From Marsupella aquatica (Eukaryota > Plantae > Marchantiophyta): DNA of 64,000 bases. The stretch is from positions 11,286,238 to 11,350,237 of the forward strand of contig OZ316892.1 of the NCBI GenBank assembly GCA_973895155.1, given 5' to 3'. Both the position numbers and the translations under genes were made by a program. The notes beneath the pieces are model-generated. The model saw nothing but the letters and a program-made list of their open reading frames with translations, was not told the DNA's origin and searched no databases. Below are positions 1-14,200 of this stretch, piece after piece (within the stretch, counting starts at the first letter, position 1; every line of letters begins with the position of its first letter).

Positions 1-35
1 CCCGTTACTGTGATCCAACCCAACAACCACTGTAA

Positions 36-332
36 GAGCATCTCCAACAACTGTGTCTTGACTGAACCCAGTATCTAAAATGCAAAAAGTTAGGTCCAAC
101 AAATCCTCTGTAATGTCGGGTGTAACATTGGAGACAATATAGAACTTTAACTTTTTACTGAGTTAGTTGATTTCCAAGTTCTATTGTAATGTACAGTAAA
201 ATAATACACTAAGGGTTGGGGCTGCGTTTCGTTTGACCACCACTTCTATTTACAGTAAACTTAAAAAGAGTGTTGTCTGACTGGGTATACATTCCTCATA
301 CTTACCAAACCCACTAATAGTTCGAGATGCTC
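36..332. mobile_element. Tourist/PIF-Harbinger-type MITE
   Basis: TIRs GAGCATCTCCAAC (36-48) and GTTCGAGATGCTC (320-332), flanked on both sides by TAA (33-35, 333-335). GAGCATCTCC termini with a TAA TSD are typical of Tourist MITEs. Confidence 0.85.
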
Positions 333-3300
333 TAAACAACCATGCGTCCTCCTAAACCCCAACCCACCCAAAGCCAAATTTAGCCCATCGCTTCTGTAGA
401 TTGGCTCACACATTGCAGGACCGAACTACAATTAGTAAGTTCCCGTCCTAAACCCCGCCAAACCGCAAAAGCCAAATTTAGTCCAATGCCAATGTAGAGA
501 TTGATTCCCACATGATGGCAACCTCTTGAAATGCATAATTTTATGTTCCTTTCGCTTTATGCAGGACTTGGGCAGAGAGTGAGGTCATGAGAATGACATC
601 TCTGAGAGTCAATTTTAGGTGAATGCCCCGGTCAGTGTGTGTGTGTGTGTGTATGTGATGGCAAAACCGGGGCAATGTGGAAACAGTAATAAATGCGAAC
701 ATGGGCAGGCGACATGGCAGATTCGATGGCGACGATGGTGGCCATGAAGCAAGCCAGGTCCAGAACATGCCATGACCATGCCCACCCCTGACATGACAAT
801 AGGACATGCAGCCTTCACTCCGATGATATCAGCGATGAGCGATGTGTTTATGCGCATCACGATATATCAGCTTTTAGCGTCAAGAAAACACTGATATATC
901 ATTGCCGGCGTTACATCGAAGGGGTTATGCACGGGCAGCCAGTCCACACGAACAGCAAGAACTTTCTATATGTGTGAAGTACAACCTACCCACTTACTTA
1001 CCAGACTGCCCGGCCTGCCAATGGCGGTGCATTTGCACGAATTGGGTTCTTTCGTTCTTTCCCCTCTGATTCCGCTACAGGAATAGTAGAGGGTCGCAAT
1101 ATTGTGGATGGGGGACACGTTTTTAACGGAAGTGCGTCTGTTTTTATTTTTCTTCGGTCTGTTGCCGTGACACAAAAAGGGCGATTTTCGGTACTTCACG
1201 GTCACCTCGAATCCCGGCCCGGACTCGCCTGCTCTGTGGCGAAGTCCTCGAGTACGTACCGTGACTCCATGAGAAGGGTGTTGGAATGAAAGGCGGTAGG
1301 GTTGGTTAACTAATTGACGGTCGTACTGCAGTAAGGGACGGTGCTGCCCACGCCGTACTGTATTAAGTAAGCCGCTCATACGATAAAAACCTTTTACTGC
1401 TGACTGCGCGGTTGCCCGGAGTGGGAGTCTGATACAGCAGATCGTACTTGAACAGCCCCGATGGCGACGCCCGACCAACCATGCTTCTGATGAAATTTTT
1501 GGATAGAGTCTTGGAACAAATTTGTGGGTGAATTTACTGAATTGGGAGTTTTGCACTGGAACCGTGGGCACGGTGGCCCGCAGTTCTGAGCTGCCCGACG
1601 ACGGGGAGCGTGTCGGAGTTTGGCGACTACATTAACCGGGAAGGAAATTCTTTTTCGCCATTGTCTGGGCCCCGTAGATCGCGATTGAGCGGATTTTTCG
1701 TCCAATCTGGGGGGTAATAGCAAGTGCTTCGGCGGATATGCGTCCCTGCCTGCCCGCCGAGGGGGATGATGCATCATTATTGGGCTGGCTGGGCTGGGGT
1801 TATTGGGCGAAGGCGGAAATCCGCGGGGGGGCTGATGCTGGGAGCCTGGGAGGGAAGGATTGATGAGATTGGCGAAGGGGGTCCAGAGGCGGGTGGAAGG
1901 AGAAAAACGACCGAGATTCGCGATGATTGAGTCAGTTTTCTTTCTGTTTCCGCGTGAACCAGATGGGAAGACAGCAGGTCCATGCCTTGCTTCACGGTGA
2001 CTCGTAGTTGTGTGGTCAAAATGTCAAATGAAAGCTAAGAACTAAACAGCCCGTGTTTAGCGGGTGAATCGACGATCCCAGAGAACGGTCATTCTCGGGA
2101 CAAGTCTGTGCTCGTCGATTCATTCACGAAGAGAACACCGGGCATTTGCCCCCGAGCCGAGAATCCGCGATAAGTCAGTATTTCGAAGAATCGTCGGTAC
2201 CAGGTCTACCAGTAATTGGTTGCGTTTCGTTGAATGCAATAATGGCCGCATCCGGGGCCGGTTAATTAACTAATTCATTAATGAATGAGGGCTACCTTAG
2301 CTCCCGTCCCGTTCCGTTTAGTCGTTTACTGTCTTGCTGCGAAGGTGGACAGCAGTGTGAATCCAGATTTGTCAGAGTTTTCAGGCCGTGGGGAAGGTTA
2401 GGAATAAGTAGAGTTTTGTATCATAAGACGACGACATTTTTGTTGCCGACCGTACGTTAGGTTGAATGACAAGGAATTGCCACGGGCTGGGGATCGCATG
2501 GCAAAGCATGGCATGGCATAGTTACATGGTACGGCACGACAGTCGATATTGGAAAAAGGACATAGGTGCTGACACAGACGAAGGAGTCGTGAAGGCACGG
2601 GCACCGGCAAGGCACGTGTCAGGATTGGGTCACCACCAAGTGGCAGAGATGTGTCAGACGTGAGCAGAACTTAGTATCGTACAAGCGCTGAGGCCATGGA
2701 CAGCGAACGGAAAGCAGCTTGGACGGACGGGGGGACAGAGGGGGCCCGGATGGACGGAAGGAGGGACCGCGACAACGTACCGGGAAAGATGTGGATAAGG
2801 ACGGACAAACTCAAGTCGCCGGGCCGGTACGTAGGTTAGTCCGTCCGCCCGCCCGTCGGCCCGCCCGCCGACTGAATGCGGGCACAGAGGTACTGTCATT
2901 ACGAAGATGAGACGGGGGGGAAGAATAGAAAGGGGGAGACCTGCGTTTTCTTTTCAGACTCTTTTTTTATTACTGAAAATAAAAATAAATGAGGAAGACT
3001 ACTGTGGAATGACAAAGCGCAGCGTGATCAGTGACGGAGAATATCTTAATTACCTGCGCTACACTGCGGACTAGAATGAGACTTCAAAGCGAGGCAGGCA
3101 GGCGAGCAGGCAGGCAGGCGAGCCCTGACGCGCGTCAGAAGAAAGCCATCACTCTGACGGAACTGGGTGAGGCACGGCAAGCACAAGAGTGCAGCGTGGC
3201 CGGTGCGACTGGTGGGTACCATCGAAGCAGAGAGTCGTGCGATAAGAGTATTGCCCGAACATGACTAGCAAATTGGGGAGTACCTAAACACCGTCAACAA

Positions 3301-3471
3301 CGAAGAGACTGATGGCCGGGGTAAGCATTGCCTTGCCCTGTCTGTCCGCCCTTCTGTACAGTAGTTGGGACGAACTATGCTCTTCTGGGTACAGTAGTAA
3401 GTAACAGGGAAATGACTGGGAAGGGAGGGCAGGAAAGTCTCGCTTCCAAAAGGGGGTGTGGAGTGCTCGGT

Positions 3472-3546
3472 TCAGCTCAACTCAAAGTTCAGCTCAACTC
3501 ACGGTTCAGCTCAACTCAACTCACGGTTCAGCTCAACTCAACTCAA
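3472..3546. repeat. Minisatellite of GTTCAGCTCAACTCA(ACTCA)CG units
   Basis: About 4 imperfect copies read directly from the sequence. Confidence 0.8.
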
Positions 3547-3769
3547 TTGAAATGAATGTAAAATCTATCTACAAAAATACATCCTGGGTGGGGGATTCCC
3601 TTGGAGGCGGAGAAAAAGGAAGGCCGGTCAGTCAGTGAGAACCAATAAAGGACTGACTCCCTTTGCTTTGGTACTGTACCCGTATACTTACAACACCGGA
3701 ACGAAAATTTGAGCACACTGCCCGGCATCTGACCGACGCTTCCTTTGGCATCTCCTTCTCTGTGAAGAT

Positions 3770-4040
3770 TTCTGTCTGTCTGTCTGTCTCTGTCTGTCTG
3801 TCTGTCTACAACTACTGTGTATCGAACCAGCGTCTAATGTAAATGTACTGGCCACCACCACAACCACCAACCCGAAGCGTGGCAAAAAATAATATTTTTC
3901 CCAGTGTGGGGAAAATAATTTCGGCTCTCTCTCTCTCTCTCCTCTCATCTCAACTCTTCTCAAGGAACGAACAACAAGCGCAATAATCGACTGCAGTGTA
4001 CTGTACTGTACTGTACTGCAGTGTACTGTACTGTACTGCG
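3770..4040. repeat. Microsatellites (CTGT)n, (CT)n, (TACTG)n in the probable GATA 3' UTR
   Basis: Visible simple repeats downstream of the GATA stop codon on the - strand. Confidence 0.75.
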
Positions 4041-4440
4041 TGCTGGCCGTGCTCGCTTTGCTGCATCTCCAATTCTCCATCTCCGCGTCCCAATCATGTA
4101 CAGACAGTACCCGTCGACCGTCTCCGTGCCTCTATCCCTCTCGTTCGCCCGCATGTCGTCGCCGGTCAGTAATGAGTTCAGCAGCCCGTTCTTTCCCGTC
4201 GTCCCAAAGCCACGATTGAACGCTCTCTCGACTGCAGTAGTTGTGTGCAGTGTCGCGTGGTCGATTGGAAATACGGTAGTACCCGTGGGTGTGCATGTGC
4301 GTGTGTCTCATCCGTGTCCTGTTCTGTCTGTCGTGTCGTGTCGTGTGTTGGGCCGGGAGGGAGGGGGGGGGAGAGGTTTCGAAAAAAAGAATTCATTCGA
4401 CCATTTCGGGGAAAAAGGGGGGAAATGGTGATGAAGCTCA

Positions 4441-6542
4441 TCAGTTCTGGGAGCTGCTGCAACCGCCGGCCGGGTCGTCCTCTAATGGGGGCGAGGAAGG
4501 GGAAGGAGGAGGAGATTGGGAGAGTGGATGAATTTGTTGCTGGTCCTTTTGACGACGCATTTCGAGAATCTTCTTATGCGAGTTAGAGTGCTTATGGCCG
4601 ACGTAACCCGGGCTTCCCGCCGGCCTATACTCGGGGAGGAGGCGACCGGATTTGTAGCGGACCCCGCAGGCATTGCAGAGCGTCTTGGGGCCCATGGGAC
4701 CGGCCCTCCACTGGGGGGTCCGTTGTGTGGCGCAATGCAAGCAGCGCCACGGTTGGGAGGCTGCTGCCCCTGCCCCTGCTCCTCCAGCTCCTGCTGCTCC
4801 CCCGTCCTTCTTTCCCCCGAGGGCGCTGCTGCTGCTGCCGCTCTTGCTGCTGCCGCTGCTGTTGGGCTTCCACGGCTTCTTCACCGTGGTGACGGCCTTG
4901 GGCGGTGGCGTCATCATGAGCAGAATGCTGCTGTGGTGTTGGTGGCGGCTGGTATTGTCGGCAGAGAGAGCGGAGGTCGATGACGAGCCTAGAAGAGCTC
5001 TTCCGTCTGCTGCTACTGCTCCTCCTGCTGCATCTGCCTCCTGAGACTGAGAAATAGAAATGACGACGTTGGAGTCGGAGGAGAGGGACTCGGTGTCGGT
5101 GGAGGCAGAGGAAGCTGCAAGAATGCGAGAGTTGCCCCAAACGCGCCCGCCCGTGCGAGCGCGCTTGCTGCGAGCCCGGCCGGGAACGGAGAGGTCGCGG
5201 TAGAGGAGGAGGTTAGAGGAGGAATTATTATGGTGTTGATGGTTATTAGTTTGGGCGTTGTTGTTATCTGCGCAGCTGCCCGCCCGGGTGCTGCCTGAGC
5301 TGGCGCTGCTTTCTAAGACGGACACGGGACTCGCACTTTGGAAGCGGTCTTTGCAAGAGTTGTATGATGACTCGAACTGCATGTCGTCGCAGCTCACAGA
5401 GAGGTCGTTGCAAGCCCTGGTGGGTGTTCCCCCCATGGAAAACGAGTCTTCCACGAATTTCGACAGCCACTCCAGCTCGGCCAAATCGTCACACTGCATC
5501 ATCAACGCGCATACGTGAGCGTTTCGGTGCGCAAGAGGCCGCCAGCGGCTACTCGAACATTATATTAAGTTACAAAGAAAAACCATAATATGCCCGTCCG
5601 TTCTTTTTAAGAAATATTCTCGAGGAAATAAAAACTGACACCCACGTGATCCACCTGTCTCTACATTGTCAAGAATTTCTTTCGATGCACAGTGAACGAC
5701 ATGATTATTGACTTCATGTCCGTATTTCATAAATTCGAACTCGCATAATTCTTCCAGCCTTCGCAATCCCACGCGTTCCACAACGAAAACTGATCGAATG
5801 ACATCGACGACAATAGTGGCGCGCATTGCAGAAGAGAACCGAAATGAGAGAAATTCAACACGAAATCTGTACCCCGTAACTTCAGAAGACGGACGAGGAG
5901 AAAAAAAAAAACTAAAACAGAAACTGAAGTAGAAGAGAAATTACTGGCAGATTGAGGCCTACACGTGCACGCATGCTGAATGCGTTCAGGCAAGTATACG
6001 AACCTTTCTGTGACGTAAATTACAAAGTTTCCTTTCCGGGAAGAGAAGCAGGTTACTGGGAATGGAACGGAGATGGAACGTTCAAATTTATCATCAGCTG
6101 CGTTACAGCTGGCTGACTCGCACCGTGCAATGCAACGGAAGCAAAAGCTGTTGGTCAACATAATTATGTGAAACGTGTGGAGTGGAGCATATTTTAGAGC
6201 GAGCTTTCATGAATGATTTTAGCTGCGCAAGTAGCGGCGAAGAGAGGGAGCGGAGCTTACAGGAACGCATAGAACATCAGCAGCATGATCATCTGGTCCG
6301 GCGTCGAGGAGATGCTTGGTCCCAATGAGTGAGACACCTGCACTGTCACCGCTGACAGTTTCACCGGCTGCTGCCGTGGTGACGGTAGAGTCCAGGCTAG
6401 AGAGATGGAAACTTTCACCGATCGGTCCGGCAATGTCTTCGTTAGAAAAGTCTAGCAAGTCGTCAATGTGAAAGGCGTCCCCCATTCCCAATGCTGCTGC
6501 TGCTGCTGAGGCGGCTCCTGCAAATGCGCTTTGGACCTCCAT
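4441..6542 (-). CDS. GATA zinc-finger transcription factor, plant class A (subfamily I), 444 aa
   Basis: Exons 6542-6261 ([10 protein letters not shown]..., donor GTAAGC, phase 0) and 5493-4441 (acceptor CAG, TGA stop). The junction gives LCVP|[19 protein letters not shown]. Other motifs: [24 protein letters not shown], and the C-X2-C-X18-C-X2-C finger [45 protein letters not shown] followed by [15 protein letters not shown]. All are diagnostic of class A plant GATAs. Confidence 0.96.
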
Positions 6543-9200
6543 TCCACTACCTGTAACAATCATAAATAACAACAACCACCGTCACATGTAAGTGCACGAA
6601 ATGTCACTCTCAACTGAAGCGCATTGATGGACACAATTTGAAACGAAATGTGGGCAATTTTGCCCAGGTTTCCAAGACCAAGACCATGCTTCCATACGAA
6701 GGGAACTGCTGTTTCCCGAACAAGGCAAAGTTAACGACATCAAAATGTCTTGAGACAGCCATTATTTATACCAACCAGCCGAACCACACCAGAAAGTTAA
6801 AAAAATATTTGAAAAATTCGTTCGAATTGTATGAACCTCGCCGCTGGCAGATTTCAAATGTGCACGCGGAGCAGGAAATGGTAATTTGAATGTGAGACAC
6901 GGGTTGGTACATATGCTGTTTAGTGGTCTTTCGAGAGCCAGCGAAATACGTCTACACACATTACTTTTCTTAAGGGGCCTGGCCGTCCAGTACATGAACG
7001 GTCCTCACATTTGAGACCAGTGTGTTCTTCCCGAACATGTTTATTGTCGTGCCGGCTTCAATACGACACAACTATCGCAGACACACAGACGCAAGTTGGT
7101 AAGCCTGCTAGCTCACAAGCTCCAGTAACAATGACAGTAGAGGGCGTGCAGCAGAGCGCGGAATTATTGCCAATTCCTAACTCTCCGTTTGCCACTTCTC
7201 ACTTTGGCAGGGGCACACCAATTGGACAGGACAAAAGTTCACAGTGCTCGTTAGTTCGTTCAATACTTGCTGAGTTCCCCAAAACCACCGACGGGACGTG
7301 GGTGACATTCGACAGTCTTCAAACTCCACTATCCACAGAAAAGGGGAAGGCAAAGACGAGAAGGACCACTCCGGCATTGCCCGCGGTTTTCTAATGACTG
7401 CAATGAGTAAAAACACTGCCGTTTACAATGATGCCCCGTGACAGTTGAAAAGAAAAAAGCCGAGGCAGATACCTACTTCAGGCGACCAAACCATAGGCCG
7501 CTAAGTATCGCCTATTCCTCAGCTGGGGCAACTGACAAGCCTCTTCTCCCCTGTTGCCTCGGGAGCAGAGGGAAGAGGAGAAATGACCGTGCAACAGAAA
7601 TTAAAAAAAAGCAATGCTTTGCAATGCCTCCATAGGGTGGTGGTAGAATGTTTTCAGTCAGTTCCTTTCGAATACTTCATCCTCCAAGTGACTGACAGCC
7701 CTGTATCCTCACTCTCCTCAACTCAATTAGTGTGCATTCTTCCCCTGCTTCCTCTTGGCACGTCACCAAGTAAACCCAGACCATGCTAATCCTCACCTGA
7801 CAGTTCAGTCTACACGCCCCCGTCCATTACCCTCGTGATTCATACCAGTCAGAAAATCCGAGGGAAGCATGCAGCCTCTACCGTCCCCTTCTGTGGAAAC
7901 ATATGTGGACTCTAGAATGGATGCCAATTAAATATGTCCTAAAAGTAAGACGAAGCAAACCATATTCAAACTTGGAGACACATCATGAGATAACCATTTT
8001 GGCAGCGGGGGGAAGTCGGGAACACAGTAGCCGGGAGCATGTGAGCGTACATGTAATGTTGCAGTCGGCCGAAATAAACAGCGAGGGATGTGTTTCGCAG
8101 TTTGCGCGGGTGTCCAATGCTGCACAGCGTGGATAGATGCTCTCTGCTCCACCTCAAAGTAAAGGAAGAATTTGAAATAGGCAAGACGGGCTAAATGAAC
8201 AAATGAGTAGCAGAGAGGCTCGTCAACAAGGGTCTCCTGCTTGGGACGCTCCAATGTCCAGGAAGCAATATCAGTCTCTTGGCAGGCTCGAAGACAATCA
8301 ACCACTCACTCTGTCGTATGCCACTACAGGTGCTGTGCTGCTCCTTCTGTGCTGTGCTGCTGCTGCCGCTATTGCCTGCGAGTTATTGCTGCTATTTCTC
8401 CTGTCACACTCCTGAAGAAGGAAAGGTCTCTCACACTAAAAACTCTTCCCCTACCTTCGCAAGTTGCTGATTCTGCTTCAAGCCTAAGATACATACATAC
8501 ACGCTTCGCGCAGGCACGCTCTGCTCTGCTCTGATTGCTTGCTTCCCTTGCCCAATTGTACGAATGAAGTCTCGTATGCTCAACAAGATCAAGATTGAAG
8601 CTACTGCCGCTGCTTTGCTTGCCTGCTTGCTTTCCAGTGAGTGAAATCTTTCAAATCCTCGACGGACGAGAGAGTCTCGCGAGACTTGTCCTGCCAAGTG
8701 CAACAAAGCCGGATTGAACGTGAAGGAAAGGTACAAGAGAAGGAGGAGCAGCGACGAGTCGAGTCGAGACGACACGACACAAGACGAGACGAGACGAAAC
8801 CAGAGTGGAGAGGAGTCGAGAGAGGGCGTGTTGGAGAGAGGTGCCAAGAGCAGGTGCGGGAGAATGTGTCAAGTCTCGAATGTGGTCGCGGAGGTCTGGG
8901 GCGGCCTGCCTTGCCTGCCTGCTTGGTCCGGCGAGTGTGGTTGGTCTTTGGGTCGGCAAGCACGGGAAGAGAGCTCAGCTGCTCGTGCTACAAGAGTCCC
9001 GCACTATAGTAGAATAGAGTAGAGTAGGGTGGAGTAGAGTAGGGTAGAGTAGAGTGGAGTAGAGTAGAGAAGGCTACAATGGGACTGCCCGAGGGATGAT
9101 GGATGATTCAGACCAGAGTGTAGGGGGGTGTGGGGAAAGCGCGAGTAGGTAGCAGTGCAAAGTGAGTGGGCACAGCAAAGAGCACAGAGCAAATGGACTG
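6543..9200 (-). promoter_or_regulatory. Probable long spliced 5' leader of the GATA gene (large intron ~8309-6551)
   Basis: Acceptor TTACAG ends at 6551, 8 nt before the ATG. Consensus donor GA|GTGAGT at 8309. Upstream - strand is pyrimidine-rich with (CTCTA)n and (CTCGT)n tracts. The TSS position is a guess. Confidence 0.55.
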
Positions 9201-10559
9201 CGTAAAAGCGCGCTCCCTCTCAAGGCTGCAGACATGAGGAGCACTCGGGGAAAGCCAACACGGTCAGCGCCGAGCAAGTAGCGAGAAGCGGGGCGAACAT
9301 TTTCATCGTGAAACAAGGCGGGCCACCTCTCCGGGCAGCGCAAGAAGTAGACGGAGAAGACGGGCCCGGCTGGCGGGCAGCAGAGGAGAGGTGTACACAC
9401 GAACTGTGGGGTGTGAACGGGGCAGACCAAACCGGGCGAGCCACGCACGCACGCACGCACTCCACGACACAATCACAACTGCGAGCCGAGCGAGCATGAA
9501 GCCCGGTCAGGTCCAGGTCCATGTGGGTTACTTACCCGTCCGGGGTCTAGGCCAGCTACAGCGCTTTTACTACTACTACTCTGTTACTACCACTACCGGA
9601 GCAGGGACATGAGTGACGAATGAATCATACCTGTCAAGCCCTTTTCGCGACGGGCACCCCAGAAGCACCAATTATTTGACCCCCCCGTGATCCGGCTGTT
9701 CTTCAAAAACTTTTATACTCCGCCGTCGATCGCCCGTATCGACGCTTTTCATCTCTCCTTTTGAATTTGAAAAATGTTCCCAAGGCTTCTCCAGCCCCGG
9801 TCTGCCAGCCCTCCACACGAACCAAAAAAAACCCCCCACACCGTTACAATATATTTCCTCGCCTACCCCTCTCTGCCCGAGGTTTTAAAAAACTTGCCTT
9901 ACAGATCGTCAGCCCCGAACATGGCGGTAAACAGAATAACGCGCAAGACATCCCACAATTCCGGGATCCTGTTTGCGATCATCACAAACTCGACCCACCT
10001 ATTCTCAATCGCTGTAGACTGGTCTGGGGGGTTTCCACGATTTTCGGATATGGGTTCAGCTCTATCAGAAGCGATATATCGGTGTTTTGAGTAGATTCTC
10101 GGGGCAGGGCAAGGGGACAGCGGTGGGCCAAAGCCAGAGTGAGTGCCCCTGCCTTTTCACTGGCCCACTGCACGAGTGAGTTACTGGGCTGTTTTATTTA
10201 CCGTGGTCCGCATGACAAGGAGATTTGCCAGTGTGAGCTGTGTTTCTCTATTCAATGTAGTGGAACAGTGGTACTACTACTATGACTGTTCACAATCACA
10301 CACACACATCTACATTACAGGGATATGGATTGTTGCAGGTCTTATTTTGTTGTGGGGGCAGTAAAAGAGGGTCACATGTCTGCCTCACTCGCTCATGATC
10401 TTCATCAGGCAGTCAGGGAGAGAGGCACTCGGGCAGGTGGTGGTGTGAGAGACTGTGATGAGGGTGATTGAGACCCCACCCAAAGAGTAGGTTTTTTTTG
10501 TGGTGAATTTTTGCCAAATTCCACCTTACTGAAAAGTCTGAGCTCCTCTAGACAACAAT

Positions 10560-11260
10560 TTTCTGGGGTTTTTGTCTTCAATTAGCCAGTTTCTCGAAGG
10601 AATCTCACAGTTGTTGTTAAATCTAGGGAGATCCAATGATCTGCTATTAATCTAGAAGAAACCACATACAGAGTATTCTTATCTAATGGTCGGATAGATG
10701 AAGCCACATACACAGCAAGAGCTACATCTTCTATTTCACACTATGCATTATTTGCCGAGCAAGCAAAATAGAAAAAACACCTTTAAAATTACCCAGCCAC
10801 AGACCCCATTAGTCGGAATCTGATGGTCATCCTCAAATCTAGGGAGATCTAACAGTCAAATATCAATCAAGGAAAATCAGATAGGGAATTTAAATTACCC
10901 CAACACAGACCCCGTTAGTCAGAATCCAACGGTTATCTAAATCTAGGGAGATCTACAGTGTGCTATGATTCTAAGCAGATTACAAAGGGAATGTTTCTCA
11001 GCATCTTCTCCTTCACAAGCTGCCATTCTCCACCTAGGCCAAAAAGGAAAACCCTTCAAAATTAACCCGTAACCCCGCAGACCCCATTAGATAGAGTACA
11101 ATGGTTAACTTTATATCTAGGGAGATCTAACAGTAAGCTATGAATCTAAAAAAATCATAGGGAACATTCTCAGCATCTTCTCCATCCCACATGCGACAAA
11201 AAACCTTAAAAGTTACCCTACCGTCCATCCATCTATCCAAGATGGAGCTCATCATCTCAT
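10560..11260. repeat. Degenerate tandem array of a dispersed repeat family (core AAATCTAGGGAGATC...AGCATCTTCTCCTTCAC)
   Basis: Core at ~10619, 10836, 10939 and 11114. Related sequence at ~21570-21720, 31160-31370 and 54400-54880. Confidence 0.65.
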
Positions 11261-14200
11261 TAAGGTGCCTCATTGAAACCTACACACATAGCTCTGGTGC
11301 TGCTGCAGACACCACCTCCATCCATGCACTGCAGACACCTCGTCCATGCTCTGAACACACCACCTCCAGTGCAGTGCAGTGCTACAGCTGCTGCTGCTGC
11401 CAATAATGTGGCCCTACCCCAAAGGCAAGAATCTTGAGCTCGAGCCGCTCCACCACCACCACCACCCCCCACCTCCTAAAAGAGAAGGGGCAGAAAATCA
11501 ATAACTCCCCAAAAGAGACGTCTCCTGTTGGTGTTGGTTTTGGTGTGGCGTTGAGGACCCAAACTGGTCAGATCTGGAGAAAGTGGAGATCTTCACATTA
11601 TTTTGCTGGCAGGCATTTCTTTCACGCAGAGTACATGATTCCAGCCATTTTCTTTTCCTCCTTTTGAATTTGCAACGGAATTATTTCATCAGCAAGTGAG
11701 CAAGTGATCTGCAAGGCAGATTTTCTTGTCCTCGTTTTGGGAAAGGAGTCACTTCTCTCATTGACTCCTTTTTGTGGAAGGTGGTTTCTGTCACAAAACT
11801 TCTGACAATTGCATGTGAACCGTTTGATTTCCCTAGGTTTAAAGAGAACTGCAAGACCTGGGTGAGAAACCCTCTGAGGTGAGCTCTATAGCAGAGCTGT
11901 AAGCTTAGATGGGATCTCCATCCAAAACCATTTGCTTAAATAGGGTTCTCCAAGTATTCCCAACGTCAAACTCATGTAAAATTGGGAAGAGGAGCCACGA
12001 TGGACACATAGGTTTGACAAGGTGCGTGGATGGACACAAGTTACCCTACCCCAATAGACACAAACCAAACATTGCCACTTATACTTGGACAATTATATTT
12101 CAGAGTACTTTTCCCATGTTTTGTAATACTATTACACTTTTAGGATGTCCATCCAAGTCTCCATAATCAACCTTTGTGTCTATGGTACAGTTACTCTATC
12201 TAATTGTCAAGAGGTGTTCTGAAAGTAAATCAAGCATAGATTGTTCCCTTTAGACAACCCTTTCCAAATACAAAATACCTTTCCCTACTTTTCAGGTATG
12301 AAACTCTCTTATCCTGATTCCCTCCCAAGCAGAGTGTTGGGAGGAAATCTTTTGCAACGGGATTTTTGGAGTTGCACCATTTCCTAGCCCAAATTCCAGG
12401 TAGGATCATGCCCATTTCAGTTTTGTACTTGATGATCACAATTAGCGCAACACCACATACGGAGATCATGATGTATTGTCGTGATTGATTACATTGTCAT
12501 TACTCCCAAACTCTTACATGTGTATGTAAAGGGGTGGAAACTCTAGAGTACACATGTTAATCTATGGGTTATTCAGTATCATTGTGTCAATGTATCAATT
12601 AAACAAACTGTGATTGACTATCATAAACTCTCAAAATTCCATTGAGTCAAATGCTTGAGACCTACAGGTGACATATGCCTTTTAGGATACAGTGTAGGGG
12701 AAATCAGTAAGCGAGGATATGAACGTCATTTGTATGCCCTTTAAAGAATTTTTGCGAATAACTTATTAAACAAAATTGAAGTACATACAAAGAACCACTT
12801 AAATTTAGATTACAAGTGAAACATGTTCGGGAGCAGAAATCAATACTACGTATATCTTTCAAATCATGCCAACTGTAAAAAATAACAGTGTTTGGGACAA
12901 ACTGGGAAAAGGACCCATAGACAGGAGACCCAATATAGGGAAAAAACAAGGAAAAATCCTGGAAGACAAAGCCAAAAAGCCAGTGAGACACTTACAAGGG
13001 AAAAGAATTAAAGCCCTTCTTCTGACCACCAAATTGAAAAGCATGGTAGAGCTCCAAAGTAAACAGTGCAGGAGTGTCAATATTATAGGATAGCTCACTG
13101 TTCGATGGGCATAACACACATTAAATTAAAAATAGTTGTATGCAATAGACACCTACTTATATTTCCACACGTTTTAAAACACTTGGTGAGTCTTGTGTGA
13201 TGGCATTGAAAGACGATACCATTTTGGCAACATAAAGCCCACACACTCCACTTTTTCTTCTAAACGTTGACCTCGTCGATTTGGCTATTTTCTTCTTGAA
13301 ATGATAAGAAACCAAAGGTTGGAGTACGTAATGACAAACCTCGGGGCTTATCTCCTTAGGAATTTAAAATTACTTGTAAAAAGAGTATGGCAAGTTGAAG
13401 GTTGCTTTCCAACAAAATCATTGTCACTCACATAAATGCATGGTATTTATATGTTTCCAAGTTTGAATAGTAGAAATGAAAATCTGTTTTGAATGCAGGT
13501 AAACTACATTTCTTCTACAAAAAGCAGCAAAGGATTCAATAAAGTTTATGTTCTCTTCTTTTACAACCATACCAAAAATGGAGCCTGGATCAACCGTCAT
13601 GAAACATTGTTTTTTTATCTAGACAACAGAACATTGTAGATACTGTACTTCCTTCAATGAATGCTCACATTTTTGGCGTAAGAAGTCAGTTGATCTATGG
13701 AAACTGTTCACTGCAATTATGCTAAAGGTGAGGATGCGCCCAATGTATGAAGTCAGTGTTACTAACTCCAAATTCAGTTGTAGCACTAATTTTGTGTGCT
13801 TCAGACACTTAACATTATTTGCGTAAGTTATTATTCTGCTAACCTTAGGGCAGTGGGTTACCACGCCCTAATGCTTCACTGTAAAAACCCTCACTCAAAG
13901 TCTCTCCCACCGCCCTGCCAAACAGATGGCTGCTGTTCACAATCTATACCATTGATCAAATTTTTGCTGCACATCCTTAGTCTACCATTGCTGCCTATGC
14001 TATGGAGTGAGCCAGGAGGAATGAGGTGCATTGCACTGCACCACTGAATGGTCCGGAACAAGGGCCCAGACTAAGGCACAAAGAAGCAAAACACTCGGCA
14101 AAACATATAAGATGTTGCACGCCAATGGAAATTATTGTTACTTTAGACTAGAGATCAAGTTAGCCAAATTTTAGTGTTATCAACGTTAATTTTTACATAC

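Noticed and set aside
966-1571. 201-aa - strand ORF
   Set aside because: No recognisable domain and an Arg/Ser-rich composition typical of chance ORFs in GC-rich non-coding DNA.
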